Positions 41,902-52,061 are shown, numbered from the stretch's first letter. The stretch: DNA of 64,000 nucleotides from an uncultured Pelagibacteraceae bacterium (GCA_902626245.1 CACOED010000002.1:11998-75997); one strand, 5' to 3'. The notes: generated from the letters alone by a model not told the origin. Translations and numbers: made by a program.

Positions 41902-42624
41902 ATGAAAGTAATTGTTTTACAACATATTAATATAGAAGATCCTGGATACATTAAAGATTTAATGATTAAAGATGGTGTAGAGATAACTACAATCGAATTG
42001 GATGAAGGTCAAAAGATTCCTACAGACTTAACAAAGTTTGACGCAATGTTTTGTATGGGTGGTCCAATGGATACTTGGATGGAGAAGGAATATACTTGGC
42101 TTATTGATGAAAAAAAAGCCATTAAAGAATTTGTTGTTTCATTAAAAAAACCTTATTTAGGTTTTTGCTTAGGATGTCAGTTATTAGGAGAGGTTACAGG
42201 TGGAAAGGTAGTTAAGTCTAAAAATCCAGAAATTGGAATGTTGGATATTGATTTTTCAGAAAATAAAAAAAACGATTTATTATTTTCGAAATTTCCAGAA
42301 AAAATTAAATCTCTCCAATGGCACTCTTATGAGGTTCAAGAATTAGAAAAAAATAATGATATAACTTTAATTGCTTCGTCTCCAGAAACAAAATACCAAA
42401 TCTTCAAATACAAAACTCACGCATACGGGATACAATTTCATATTGAAATTAAAAAAAACACTGTAGCTGAGTGGGGTTGCGTACCAGAATATAAATCAGC
42501 TTTAGAAAAACAACTTGGGGAAGGAGCGCTAGATAAGTTTGATAAAGACTCTCAAGTTCATATGACTAGTATGAACGAATATTCTAAAATATTGTACGAA
42601 AATTTCAAAAAATTGGTGCAATAA
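41902..42624 (+). CDS. Stand-alone type 1 glutamine amidotransferase-like protein
   Basis: MGGPM, GFCLGCQLL nucleophile, QFHIE triad. Confidence 0.85.
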   Translation: MKVIVLQHINIEDPGYIKDLMIKDGVEITTIELDEGQKIPTDLTKFDAMFCMGGPMDTWMEKEYTWLIDEKKAIKEFVVSLKKPYLGFCLGCQLLGEVTGGKVVKSKNPEIGMLDIDFSENKKNDLLFSKFPEKIKSLQWHSYEVQELEKNNDITLIASSPETKYQIFKYKTHAYGIQFHIEIKKNTVAEWGCVPEYKSALEKQLGEGALDKFDKDSQVHMTSMNEYSKILYENFKKLVQ

Positions 42625-42685
42625 TTCTTCTTTAGTTTCCTCTATTATTAAGCTAGATTTTTGAATTAAATAATTAGGAGGGGAA

Positions 42686-44245
42686 ATGAAATCTAAAAAT
42701 TTGGTTAAAATTTTGATTGCAATTTTTTTTGTTTTTTCAACTACACAATCTTTTGCAAAAACAATTAAATGGTCAATGCAGGGTGATAGTTTAACACTTG
42801 ATCCTCATGCTCAAAATGAAGGACCGACAACAATGGTATCAAGGCAGATCTATGAAGCTTTAGTTACAAGAGGCTTAGATATGTCTATTGGACCGCAGCT
42901 AGCTGAAAGTTGGGAAGCTACAACGCCTAAGACATGGAAATTTAATCTTAGGAAAGATGTAAAGTTTAGTGATGGAACACCTATGACATCTGAAGATGTT
43001 GTATTTAGTATCTTAAGAGCTCAACAACGTACATCAGACTTCAAAGAATATATAAGTACAATTACATCTGTAAAAGCCACTGATGATTACACAATTGAAA
43101 TTCAAACAAGAGAGCCAAACCCAATTCTTTTGAATCAGCTGTCAAATATATTCATTATGTCTAAAAAATGGTGTGAGAAAAATTTTGCAATGGCTCCACA
43201 AAATTGGGATGCAGGACAAGAAACTTTTTCTGCAACCAATTCATTGGGAACTGGTCCATTTAAAATTACATTAAGAGAACCTAATACAAAAACTGTTTTT
43301 AAAAAGAATACTAAATGGTGGGGTGATGTTGAACATAACTTAACTGAGATACACCTGCTTCCAATTAAAAATGCTGCAACAAGAGTTGCTGCACTATTAT
43401 CTGGAGAGCTAGATGTAGTTACAGATGCTCCAGTTCAAGACCTAGATCGAATAAGATCTTCTGGTGCTCATAAAGTTCAAAGTACTGCACAGATGCGTAC
43501 AATCTTTTTAGGAATGGATCAAGCTGCTGATCAACTTAGAACTGGTAATACTGGTGACAACCCATTTAAGAAAAAAGAGGTTAGACAAGCACTTTATCAA
43601 GCAATTGATATAGAGGCGATTAAGAAAAAAGTTATGAGAGGTCAAAGTGAGCCTGCAGGAATAATTACATTCCCAGGAGTTACTGGATACACTAAAGAAC
43701 TTGATGAAAGATTACCTTATGATGTTGATGCTGCAAAACAGTTATTAGCAGACGCAGGTTATCCTGATGGCTTTGAAGTAGAACTTAGATGTCCTAATGA
43801 CAGGTATGTAAATGATGAAGCAATTTGCACAGCTGTTGTTGGAATGTTGGGAAAAATTGGTGTTAAAGTAAATTTATTTGCTCAAACTAAAAGTAAACAC
43901 TTTAAGGAACTTAAAGACAACCAAGGAGACTTTTATATGCTAGGTTGGGGTGTTCCTACTTTGGATAGTCACTATGTGTTTCATTACCTATATGAAACCG
44001 GCGCAAGCTGGAACAAAGTTAACTTTAGCGATGCTGAAGTTGATGCTGCAATTAGAGTAATGGAAGGTGAAGTTAATCTTGATAAAAGAAATGCTGCGAT
44101 AGCAAATGCTTGGAAAATTGTAAGAGATAATATTGCTTATCTACCTTTACACCACCAAGTAATTTCTTGGGCATCAAAAAGAAGTGTCGATGTACCTATT
44201 AGACCGAATAATGAACCGTTATTCCGTTTTTCTAACGTAAGATAA
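42686..44245 (+). CDS. ABC substrate-binding protein, family 5 (Dpp/Opp-like)
   Basis: Signal peptide, TLDPH, LRKDVKFSDG, GTGPF, VRQAL; strong SD AGGAGG. Confidence 0.92.
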   Translation: MKSKNLVKILIAIFFVFSTTQSFAKTIKWSMQGDSLTLDPHAQNEGPTTMVSRQIYEALVTRGLDMSIGPQLAESWEATTPKTWKFNLRKDVKFSDGTPMTSEDVVFSILRAQQRTSDFKEYISTITSVKATDDYTIEIQTREPNPILLNQLSNIFIMSKKWCEKNFAMAPQNWDAGQETFSATNSLGTGPFKITLREPNTKTVFKKNTKWWGDVEHNLTEIHLLPIKNAATRVAALLSGELDVVTDAPVQDLDRIRSSGAHKVQSTAQMRTIFLGMDQAADQLRTGNTGDNPFKKKEVRQALYQAIDIEAIKKKVMRGQSEPAGIITFPGVTGYTKELDERLPYDVDAAKQLLADAGYPDGFEVELRCPNDRYVNDEAICTAVVGMLGKIGVKVNLFAQTKSKHFKELKDNQGDFYMLGWGVPTLDSHYVFHYLYETGASWNKVNFSDAEVDAAIRVMEGEVNLDKRNAAIANAWKIVRDNIAYLPLHHQVISWASKRSVDVPIRPNNEPLFRFSNVR

Positions 44246-44254
44246 ATTAATTTT

Positions 44255-44286
44255 TTACAAGCCCTTTTATAAAAAAGGGCTTGTAA
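44255..44286 (+). terminator. Intercistronic hairpin after the SBP gene
   Basis: TTACAAGCCCTTTT / AAAAGGGCTTGTAA perfect 14-bp stem. Confidence 0.8.
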
Positions 44287-44302
44287 GTAAAATTTTCACA
44301 AG

Positions 44303-45286
44303 TTGATTAAATATTTTTTTAAGCGCCTGATACAATCCGCAATGGTGATGCTTGTAGTTGCCTTTGTTTCTTTTTCACTATTTAATTTTGTTGGTGATCC
44401 TATCAATAACATGGTCGGAGAAGAAACATCAGATGAAGAAAGGGCAGAGCTTAGAGAAACTTTGGGATTAACAGATCCTATTTATATTCAGTTTTCTAGA
44501 TTTGTAGTTAATGCTTCAAAAGGCAATTTTGGTATTTCTTATCAATTAAAAAGACCAGTTTCAGAGTTAATTTCTGAAAGACTGCCTGCAACAATTGAGC
44601 TTGTTTTGGTTTCGGCTTTAATAGCACTGATTTCTGGAACTTTATTAGGTGTTTATACAGGTATAAATCGAAAAGGTTTTTTTAGCGATATAATATTAGC
44701 CATTTCATTATTGGGAGTTTCTCTACCCACATTTGTAATAGGTATATTATTCATTTATCTATTTGCAGTTATTTTAGGAATATTACCTTCATTTGGTAGA
44801 GGAGAAGTTGTCAGCCTTGGTTACTGGACTACAGGTTTTTTAACTTTGTCTGGATTAAAAGCTATAATTCTTCCTTCTGTAACTCTCAGCCTTTTTCAAA
44901 TGACTTATATTATTAGACTTGTAAGAGCTGAAATGATGGAAATATTACAAACCGACTATATTAAATTTGCAAGAGCAAGAGGAATAAGTGAAAGAAGCAT
45001 TCACTATAAGCATGCATTAAAAAATGGATTAATACCAGTAATTACAATTGCTGGAATAAACATTGGTACTTTAATTGCATTTTCAATAATTACAGAAACC
45101 GTTTTTCAATGGCCAGGTATGGGATTTTTATTTATTCAAGCAGTTCAATTCGTAGATATTCCGATTATGTCTGCTTACTTAGTTTTTATAGCTTTTGTTT
45201 TTGTAATGATAAATTTCATAGTAGATATTTTGTACTACTTCATTGACCCAAGAATTAGAGTTAAAGCGGAGGCAGTGAGTGGATAA
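44303..45286 (+). CDS. ABC permease (DppB-like)
   Basis: GDP, GNFGISY, RLPATIEL, DYIKFARARG, ETVFQWPGMG; TTG start. Confidence 0.92.
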   Translation: MIKYFFKRLIQSAMVMLVVAFVSFSLFNFVGDPINNMVGEETSDEERAELRETLGLTDPIYIQFSRFVVNASKGNFGISYQLKRPVSELISERLPATIELVLVSALIALISGTLLGVYTGINRKGFFSDIILAISLLGVSLPTFVIGILFIYLFAVILGILPSFGRGEVVSLGYWTTGFLTLSGLKAIILPSVTLSLFQMTYIIRLVRAEMMEILQTDYIKFARARGISERSIHYKHALKNGLIPVITIAGINIGTLIAFSIITETVFQWPGMGFLFIQAVQFVDIPIMSAYLVFIAFVFVMINFIVDILYYFIDPRIRVKAEAVSG

Positions 45287-46205
45287 CAAAAATTTAACAT
45301 TATTAAATAGGATTAAAGACAGCGATATTTATTTTAGTTTTATTAAATCTCCTACCGCTATAGTTTCTACTTTAATTTTAATTATAATTTTCTTTTGCTC
45401 TTTTTTCGTTGAACTCGTAACACCATATAATCCATTTGATCCATCATCATTGTCTTTAATGGATGCATTTACTCCACCCTCGTGGACAGAAGAAGGTCTT
45501 GCTAAATTTATTTTAGGAACTGACGGCCAGGGTAGAGATATGTTAGCGACAATTCTTTATGGATCAAGAATTTCTTTAATTGTAGGTTTTTCTGCAGTTA
45601 TATTTGCTTTAGTTTTAGGAGTAGGATTAGGTTTAAGTGCTGGTTATTTTGGTGGGAAATATGAAATGATTGTTATGAGATTAACAGATGTACAGCTAAC
45701 AGTACCTAGTATTTTAATGGCCCTTTTAGTAGATGGAATTGCACGCGGAATAATTTCAAGAGAACTTCATGATGAAATGGCAATTTATGTTTTAATTTTT
45801 GCTATTGGAATTTCCGAATGGCCTCAGTTTGCAAGAGTATCAAGAGCTGCAACTTTGGTAGAAAAAAATAAAGATTATGTTTCAGCCTCAACAATTATCG
45901 GTGTTTCAAATATTATTATTATGTTTAAACATATTTTACCAAATATAATGAGACCAGTTCTAGTAATTGGAACAATAGGACTTGCGCTAGCAATAATAGC
46001 AGAAGCAACTTTAAGTTTTTTAGGAGTAGGAGTTCCTCCTACAACACCTTCATTAGGTACATTAATTAGATTAGGTAATGATTTTTTATTTTCTGGAGAA
46101 TGGTGGATTACATTTTTTCCGGCAATATTTTTAGTTATATTAGCATTTTCCATTAACCTTTTAGGAGATTGGATGAGAGATACTCTTAATCCAAAACTTA
46201 ACTAA
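45279..46205 (+). CDS. ABC permease (DppC-like)
   Basis: LGTDGQGRD, GSRISL, HILPN, EATLSFLG; GTG start. Confidence 0.92.
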   Translation: MDNKNLTLLNRIKDSDIYFSFIKSPTAIVSTLILIIIFFCSFFVELVTPYNPFDPSSLSLMDAFTPPSWTEEGLAKFILGTDGQGRDMLATILYGSRISLIVGFSAVIFALVLGVGLGLSAGYFGGKYEMIVMRLTDVQLTVPSILMALLVDGIARGIISRELHDEMAIYVLIFAIGISEWPQFARVSRAATLVEKNKDYVSASTIIGVSNIIIMFKHILPNIMRPVLVIGTIGLALAIIAEATLSFLGVGVPPTTPSLGTLIRLGNDFLFSGEWWITFFPAIFLVILAFSINLLGDWMRDTLNPKLN

Positions 46206-47887
46206 TGACATTTTTAAAAATAAATAATTTAAGTGTTAATTATGAAATGCGAAGAGAAACAGTTTATGCAGCAAAAAAAGTAAATATAAATGTTGAAAAA
46301 GGTGAAATACTCGGCCTAGTAGGAGAGTCTGGATCAGGGAAAAGTACGGTTGGTAATGCAATAATTAATCTTATAGATGAGCCTGGCAAAGTATCTGGCG
46401 GATCAATAATTTTAGATGGAACTGATATTTATGAAAATCCAGAAAATATTCTTAAATTAAGAGGAAAAAAAATAGGTCTTATTTTCCAAGACCCTCAAAC
46501 TTCTTTAAATCCTATACTTACAATAGGTGAACAATTAATTGAAACAATTCAAACTCATTTAAAATTAAGTACTGAAGAAGCAAAAAATAAGGCTATTAAT
46601 TTATTAAAAGAAGTTGGAATAAAAGATGCTGAAACCAGATTTAATAACTATCCACACCAATTTTCAGGAGGGATGAGACAAAGAGTTGTTATTTCATTGG
46701 CTCTTTGTTGTGAACCTGAACTTCTTATTGCGGATGAGCCTACAACGGCACTAGATGTTTCAATACAATCTCAAATTTTAGATTTAATTAAAAGATTAAC
46801 CAAAGAGAGAAATTTAGCAGTCATATTAATCACCCATGATATGGGCGTTATCTCTGAAACAACAAGTAGAGTAGCGGTAATGAAAAATGGAGATCTAGTT
46901 GAAATAGGACCTACGAAAGAAATATTAACAAAACCTAAAGAGATTTATACAAAAGCACTTGTAAGCTCAGTTCCTCCTACAAATAAAAAAATAGATAGAT
47001 TTAAAATTATTGAAAAGGAAAACAAAACTCAAGGTGAAACCAATATTAAAATTTTAAATAGATGGACAAAAAAAGATATTATTGATCAGGACTTAGTTAA
47101 GGTTAAAAATTTATGCAAAACATTTGATGATAATTTTTTTACAGAAAGCACTAAAAACTCCGTAATGGCTGTCGATGATGTGACATTTAATATTAAAGAA
47201 GGTGAGTCGTTCGGATTAGTTGGTGAAAGTGGAAGTGGTAAATCAACAATAGCCAAAATGATTGTTAATTTATATAGCCCAAGCACTGGAGATATTGATT
47301 TTGATAATGTTTGTATAACAAAAATTAAAAGTAATAAAGAAATGATGAAATTTAGAAAACAAATCCAAATGATATTTCAAGACCCTTATTCATCATTAAA
47401 TGGAAGATTAAAAGTTAAAGATATAGTTTCAGAACCCATAAAACTTCATAACCCTTCAATTAGTTCTGAAGATATAGATAGTTATATATATGATTTATTA
47501 GAGTCTGTTGAATTGACTCAACAATCAGCAGAACGTTATCCACATGAATTTTCTGGAGGTCAAAGACAAAGAATTTCAATAGCAAGAGCTCTTGCAACTC
47601 AACCAAGACTTCTTGTTTGTGATGAACCAACTTCTGCTTTAGATGTTAGTATTCAAGCACAAATATTAAATTTATTAAAAGATTTACAAGAACAATTAAA
47701 TTTGACAATATTATTCATTAGTCATGATTTGCCAGTTGTAAGACAAATGTGTGATCGAATAGCAGTATTAAAAAATGGAAAGCTTTGTGAAATTTCTAAA
47801 ACTGAAGAATTATTTAAAAATCCATCACATGAATACACAAAAGAATTGTTAACTTTAATGCCAAAAATAGAATCAATTTATAACTAA
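46205..47887 (+). CDS. Fused dual-domain ABC ATPase (DppD/F-like)
   Basis: Two GESGSGKS Walker A motifs, two FSGG signatures, two DEPT motifs. Confidence 0.93.
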   Translation: MTFLKINNLSVNYEMRRETVYAAKKVNINVEKGEILGLVGESGSGKSTVGNAIINLIDEPGKVSGGSIILDGTDIYENPENILKLRGKKIGLIFQDPQTSLNPILTIGEQLIETIQTHLKLSTEEAKNKAINLLKEVGIKDAETRFNNYPHQFSGGMRQRVVISLALCCEPELLIADEPTTALDVSIQSQILDLIKRLTKERNLAVILITHDMGVISETTSRVAVMKNGDLVEIGPTKEILTKPKEIYTKALVSSVPPTNKKIDRFKIIEKENKTQGETNIKILNRWTKKDIIDQDLVKVKNLCKTFDDNFFTESTKNSVMAVDDVTFNIKEGESFGLVGESGSGKSTIAKMIVNLYSPSTGDIDFDNVCITKIKSNKEMMKFRKQIQMIFQDPYSSLNGRLKVKDIVSEPIKLHNPSISSEDIDSYIYDLLESVELTQQSAERYPHEFSGGQRQRISIARALATQPRLLVCDEPTSALDVSIQAQILNLLKDLQEQLNLTILFISHDLPVVRQMCDRIAVLKNGKLCEISKTEELFKNPSHEYTKELLTLMPKIESIYN

Positions 47888-47902
47888 TGAAAAAACTTTT
47901 AG
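47887..47902 (+). repeat. 16-bp direct repeat, copy 1 (ATGAAAAAACTTTTAG); start of mini-[16 protein letters not shown] (47887-47928)
   Basis: Identical to 48842-48857. Confidence 0.85.
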
Positions 47903-47924
47903 GGATCGTGGTTTTGGGTTTAAT

Positions 47925-48845
47925 ATGATTAGAGAAATTCCAATTATTGACTTTTCAGGTTTAGATACTGATAACAAAAAATTACGTAATTCAGTAGCTA
48001 AAAAAGTTCATGAAGCTGCATCAAAAGTTGGTTTTATGTATGTAAAAAATATTAATATTAACGAACAAGTGATAAAAGAAGCTTTTAATTCAAGTGCCAA
48101 CTTTTTTTCTTTACCTGATAAAAAAAAGAGAGAGATACAATATCTAGAGAAAACAAATCATGGATATCAGTCAATTGGAGGACAACAATTAGACTCAAAT
48201 ATAGCTCCGGATTTAAAGGAAACAATTACAATGAGAAATGTACCAAATAATTTAAACAATAAAGCTTTGTGGCCATCATCTCAATTTGCATCTGATGCTA
48301 ACAGAATGTTCAAATCTTGTCTTGAAGGAGTTTTTCAAATTATGGAGACTATAGCATTGGCATTGGACGTGCCTGAAGATTTTTTTAAAAAGTGCCATAC
48401 TGGAGAAAATATGACGCTTAGATACTTACATTATCCAATTATTAAAAAAGATATAAAAGAAGAACAAATGGGAGCAGGAGCACATACGGATTTTGGTACA
48501 GTAACTTTGTTATTTCAAGATGATATTGGTGGACTTGAGGTTCAAAGTTCTGATGGTAAATGGATTCCAGCTACTCCTATTCACAATACAATAGTTGTTA
48601 ACACAGGAGATTTATTATCCAGATGGACAAATAAAATTTATAAATCAACACTTCATCGGGTAAGACCAATGGTAAGTAATAAAGAAAGATATTCCATAGC
48701 TTTTTTTGCAGATCCGGATAGTTCGACAAAAGTGAGTGTTTTTCCAAGTTGTTTTAATTCCAAAAACCCTTCAAAGTTTTCTGATATAACTGCAGGAGAA
48801 CATATAGCTCAAAAAATTGAAGAGAGTAATAATTTAAAGATATGA
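47925..48845 (+). CDS. Isopenicillin N synthase-like Fe(II)/2OG oxygenase
   Basis: IPIIDFS, VGFMY, LRYLHYP, GAHTDFG, NTGD, STLHRV, RYS. Confidence 0.9.
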   Translation: MIREIPIIDFSGLDTDNKKLRNSVAKKVHEAASKVGFMYVKNININEQVIKEAFNSSANFFSLPDKKKREIQYLEKTNHGYQSIGGQQLDSNIAPDLKETITMRNVPNNLNNKALWPSSQFASDANRMFKSCLEGVFQIMETIALALDVPEDFFKKCHTGENMTLRYLHYPIIKKDIKEEQMGAGAHTDFGTVTLLFQDDIGGLEVQSSDGKWIPATPIHNTIVVNTGDLLSRWTNKIYKSTLHRVRPMVSNKERYSIAFFADPDSSTKVSVFPSCFNSKNPSKFSDITAGEHIAQKIEESNNLKI

Positions 48846-48857
48846 AAAAACTTTTAG
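48842..48857 (+). repeat. 16-bp direct repeat, copy 2; start of mini-ORF MKKLLVKK* (48842-48868)
   Basis: Identical to 47887-47902; overlaps the oxygenase stop codon. Confidence 0.85.
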
Positions 48858-48877
48858 TAAAAAAATAAGGAGGAAAA

Positions 48878-49270
48878 ATGCCAATGTTTAAACCAATCTC
48901 AGAAAATGAAGTTTCAGGAAAAGTCAAAGAAGTTTTTGATGAGATAAAAAGTGCAAGAAAAATTACAGAAGTTCCTAATTTTTGGAAATATATTGCAAAT
49001 AGTCCAGAAACTTTAGAAAGAACTTGGAAATCAACTTCACAAGTTATGAAACCTGGTGCATTAGATGCTGTAACGAAAGAATTAATTTATGTTGCTGTTT
49101 CAATGACAAACAGTTGTGAGTATTGTACTAAATCTCATACAGCTGCCGCAAAGAAAAAAGGTGCAACGGATGAGATGATTAAAGAAATGATTGATGTTAT
49201 GGGTATCGCTAATCAGAATAATAAATTAGTAGAAGCTTATGGTGTTGAAGTTGATGAAATTTACAAGTAA
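48878..49270 (+). CDS. Carboxymuconolactone decarboxylase/AhpD family
   Basis: KELIYVAVS..NSCEYC..SH; SD AAGGAGG. Confidence 0.88.
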   Translation: MPMFKPISENEVSGKVKEVFDEIKSARKITEVPNFWKYIANSPETLERTWKSTSQVMKPGALDAVTKELIYVAVSMTNSCEYCTKSHTAAAKKKGATDEMIKEMIDVMGIANQNNKLVEAYGVEVDEIYK

Positions 49271-50185
49271 CTAATCTATTGGATAGTTCCAAGCATCGCC
49301 ACCAATAACTTTTGATATTGCTGAGAAATCTTTTGTATCATTTCCTTCTTCACAAAATTTATCATAAATTTCCAAAGCCATTTTTGCAAGTGGAGTAGAA
49401 GCATTTACTTGTTTTGCACATTCATTTGCTAATTTTAAATCTTTATTCATCATACCTGCAGAAAATCCTGGTTGATAATTATTATTAGAAGGTGTTCCAT
49501 CAATTAAACCAGGCAATGGTGGATAAACAGAAATAGGCCAACTATTTCCTGATGCATTTTTCATAATTTCATGAACTTTTTTAATATCTATATTAAGTCT
49601 TTTGGCTAACATTAATGACTCTGATGCTGCAATCATTGTAATTCCTAAAGACATGTTGTTACAAATTTTTGCTCCATTACCACTACCAAGATCTCCAGCA
49701 TGGAATATATTTTTTCCCATTATTTTTAATAAAGGAAGAGCAATATCAAAAGCTTCTTTAGTTCCGCCTACCATAATATTTAAAGTTGCTTTTTCAGCAC
49801 CCATGACACCACCACTAACGGGAGCATCAATCATTTTAATTCCTTTTTCTTTAGCTTTTTTACCAATTTCAATTGATGTTTGAATATCAATTGTAGAACA
49901 ATCAATAAGAAGACAATTTTTAGAAACTTTATTAATTATTCCTTTATCTCCCAAATAAACTTCTTTTGAATTTTTGCCTTGAGGAAGCATTGTGATTACT
50001 GTTGATAATTCATTGGTAATTAGATTCTCTAAACTATCAACAACATCTAATTTTCTTTCTTTTGCTTTTTCAATCATGTTTTTTGAAACATCAAAAACTT
50101 TTACTTTTTTTCCTGCTTTAACTAAATTATTTGCCATTGGATTACCCATATTACCGACTCCAATAAATGCTATTATTTCCGACAT
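49271..50185 (-). CDS. mmsB: 3-hydroxyisobutyrate dehydrogenase
   Basis: FIGVGNMG, DAPVSGG, KICNN, P.PG...TPSNN.YQPGF, KDL. Confidence 0.88.
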   Translation of the reverse strand: MSEIIAFIGVGNMGNPMANNLVKAGKKVKVFDVSKNMIEKAKERKLDVVDSLENLITNELSTVITMLPQGKNSKEVYLGDKGIINKVSKNCLLIDCSTIDIQTSIEIGKKAKEKGIKMIDAPVSGGVMGAEKATLNIMVGGTKEAFDIALPLLKIMGKNIFHAGDLGSGNGAKICNNMSLGITMIAASESLMLAKRLNIDIKKVHEIMKNASGNSWPISVYPPLPGLIDGTPSNNNYQPGFSAGMMNKDLKLANECAKQVNASTPLAKMALEIYDKFCEEGNDTKDFSAISKVIGGDAWNYPID

Positions 50186-50197
50186 ATCTTCCTCCGT

Positions 50198-50419
50198 TTA
50201 CTTTGTAATTCTGTCTACAAATCTTTTAGCAATAGGTCCTACTATTAAGGATGTGGCTATTGCAATTGGCAAGCCAACTGACCAAGCCTTAAAAAATCTT
50301 TTTGGATAATCAATATCCATACCTGTATTTATGAAAGTAATTATTAAAGTCATAAATAAACTCATTCCAAAACCCATTATTAATATATAGATTAAGTTTG
50401 AATATTTTTTTTTAAACAT
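50198..50419 (-). CDS. Small 2-TM membrane protein (DUF2798-like)
   Basis: MS..MT..IT.INTG, W...PIA pattern. Confidence 0.7.
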   Translation of the reverse strand: MFKKKYSNLIYILIMGFGMSLFMTLIITFINTGMDIDYPKRFFKAWSVGLPIAIATSLIVGPIAKRFVDRITK

Positions 50420-50420
50420 A

Positions 50421-50756
50421 TTAATTTACTTTGCCAAGTAAATTAACAATTAATACACCAGCTATAATTAAAATAATTCCAATAAGACCATATGCATTGG
50501 GCATTTGATTATATTTTATGATCCCAAAAATTAATATTGATGCAACTGTTACCGCACTATAGGTGGCGTATGCAAAACCCACAGGTATTGCAGACATTCC
50601 TTTTGCAAGAGAAAACATAGTTACGCACATTAAAAGTATACAAGCAACAGATGGTGTAAGTTTTGTAAATCCATCAGAAATTTTAGCAAGACTGTTTGCT
50701 GTTATTCCACAAGATATTGCAATAAATAAAAAAATATATCCTGTAAGAGGCTTCAT
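50421..50756 (-). CDS. SMR-family 4-TM transporter, atypical
   Basis: K.SDGFT...P, IPVGFAYA, GI.LIIAGVL; no TM1 Glu. Confidence 0.85.
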   Translation of the reverse strand: MKPLTGYIFLFIAISCGITANSLAKISDGFTKLTPSVACILLMCVTMFSLAKGMSAIPVGFAYATYSAVTVASILIFGIIKYNQMPNAYGLIGIILIIAGVLIVNLLGKVN

Positions 50757-50757
50757 A

Positions 50758-51093
50758 CTAATTAGCTTTTCCTAACAAATTAACAATTAAAACTCCAGCA
50801 ATAATTAAAGCAAGACCAATTAATGTATAAAAATCTGGAATTTGTTTAAATTTATACATGCCCACAATTGTTGTTGCTATAATACATAAACCTGCAAACG
50901 AAGCATAAGTTATTCCAACAGGTATCGTCTTCATAACAATTGATAAAGTATACATACATCCTACAATGGTTACCGCTGTAATAATACTTGGCAACAATAT
51001 TGTGAAACCTTGCGCACCTTTCGCAAAACCGTTTGATGCAGTTCCTAAAACCACTGCAACTAAAAGAATTATATAAGCTGTAATATTACCCAT
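50758..51093 (-). CDS. SMR-family 4-TM transporter, atypical paralogue
   Basis: K..QGFT..LP, IPVGITYA, GL.LIIAGVL; no TM1 Glu. Confidence 0.85.
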   Translation of the reverse strand: MGNITAYIILLVAVVLGTASNGFAKGAQGFTILLPSIITAVTIVGCMYTLSIVMKTIPVGITYASFAGLCIIATTIVGMYKFKQIPDFYTLIGLALIIAGVLIVNLLGKAN

Positions 51094-51108
51094 TATTCAT
51101 TAATAATT

Positions 51109-51429
51109 TTATTTAGGCATAGGTGTTGCACCAGTTTCTAAAGAAATTACTTTATTATCTTTATATTTATAAACTGCCATAACTGCCTCAATATTTCCAT
51201 CATCAAAAGTAACGAACGCGTGGTGAATACCAACTTCATTGTTTTCATAAACAATTCTTGTTTTATCTTGTTTAATGTCACCGCTCATTGCCCATTTAAT
51301 TACATCAGCTTTATTTAAAGTATTACCTGATTTATGCATCGTAAATTTAAAATCATCATGTAAAAGTTCATTCAAAGCTGCTTCATCTTTATTTTTCATC
51401 GCTGCACTATATTTTTCTAAGATAGACAT
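51109..51429 (-). CDS. NTF2/SnoaL-like small protein
   Basis: LLHDDF, R.VYEN.EV, ETGATP; SD AGGAG. Confidence 0.7.
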   Translation of the reverse strand: MSILEKYSAAMKNKDEAALNELLHDDFKFTMHKSGNTLNKADVIKWAMSGDIKQDKTRIVYENNEVGIHHAFVTFDDGNIEAVMAVYKYKDNKVISLETGATPMPK

Positions 51430-51454
51430 TTTTCTCCTTTTTATTTTTTATTTA

Positions 51455-51760
51455 TTAAAGTTTTCCAGATTCTTCACAAATTACAAAAGTGCTATTTTCC
51501 TCAGTATTTGACCTTCTGTGATTAACAATTTTTTGATGTTCTTCAGAATTATACCAACCCAAAGCTTTTTCTTTACTAGGAAACTCAATTACTACTGCAA
51601 GAGTACCTTTCTCGCCCTCATGAGCTAATACTTCTGGAGTTCTAACTAAAAATTTACCTCCAAAAGGTTCTATTGTAGCATCAACTTTTGATGCATATTC
51701 TTTTTTAAAAGTATTCATATCTTTTACTTTTGGATGAGCAATTACATATGCTTTAGTCAT
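51455..51760 (-). CDS. DUF1330-family protein
   Basis: FGGKFLVR, EG, VVIEFPS.E.A..WYNSEE. Confidence 0.85.
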   Translation of the reverse strand: MTKAYVIAHPKVKDMNTFKKEYASKVDATIEPFGGKFLVRTPEVLAHEGEKGTLAVVIEFPSKEKALGWYNSEEHQKIVNHRRSNTEENSTFVICEESGKL

Positions 51761-52049
51761 TTTTTGTTCCTTTTATTATTATTACGTTTCCAACAGAATT
51801 ATCTAACCGTATCTGTCTTACTGGTTTATACTCTTCAGAATTATAAAATTCCAAAGCTTTTTCATAAGAGGGAAATTTAACAACTACTGTTCTAGGATAC
51901 TTCCATTCACCCTCAACGCATTGATAGTCACCTCCTCTTACCAAATATTCTCCTCCATATTTCGCAACTATCCCTGAAGCTTTTGCTACATAGTTTTTAT
52001 AATCTTCAGGGTTAGTTACTTCGATTTGAAATATTGCGTATCCATTCAT
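51753..52049 (-). CDS. DUF1330-family protein
   Basis: YGGEYLVRGG, VEG.W, VVVKFPS.E.A..FYNSEEY..R..R. Confidence 0.88.
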   Translation of the reverse strand: MNGYAIFQIEVTNPEDYKNYVAKASGIVAKYGGEYLVRGGDYQCVEGEWKYPRTVVVKFPSYEKALEFYNSEEYKPVRQIRLDNSVGNVIIIKGTKND

Positions 52050-52061
52050 TTTTATTAATCC

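Noticed and set aside
903-50775. Short shadow ORFs in the track (e.g. 903-1121, 2431-2622, 3175-3453, 4921-5178, 23752-24087, 26542-26799, 35883-36194, 39339-39650, 49602-49883, 49992-50309, 50563-50775)
   Set aside because: They lie antisense to well-supported genes and have no motifs
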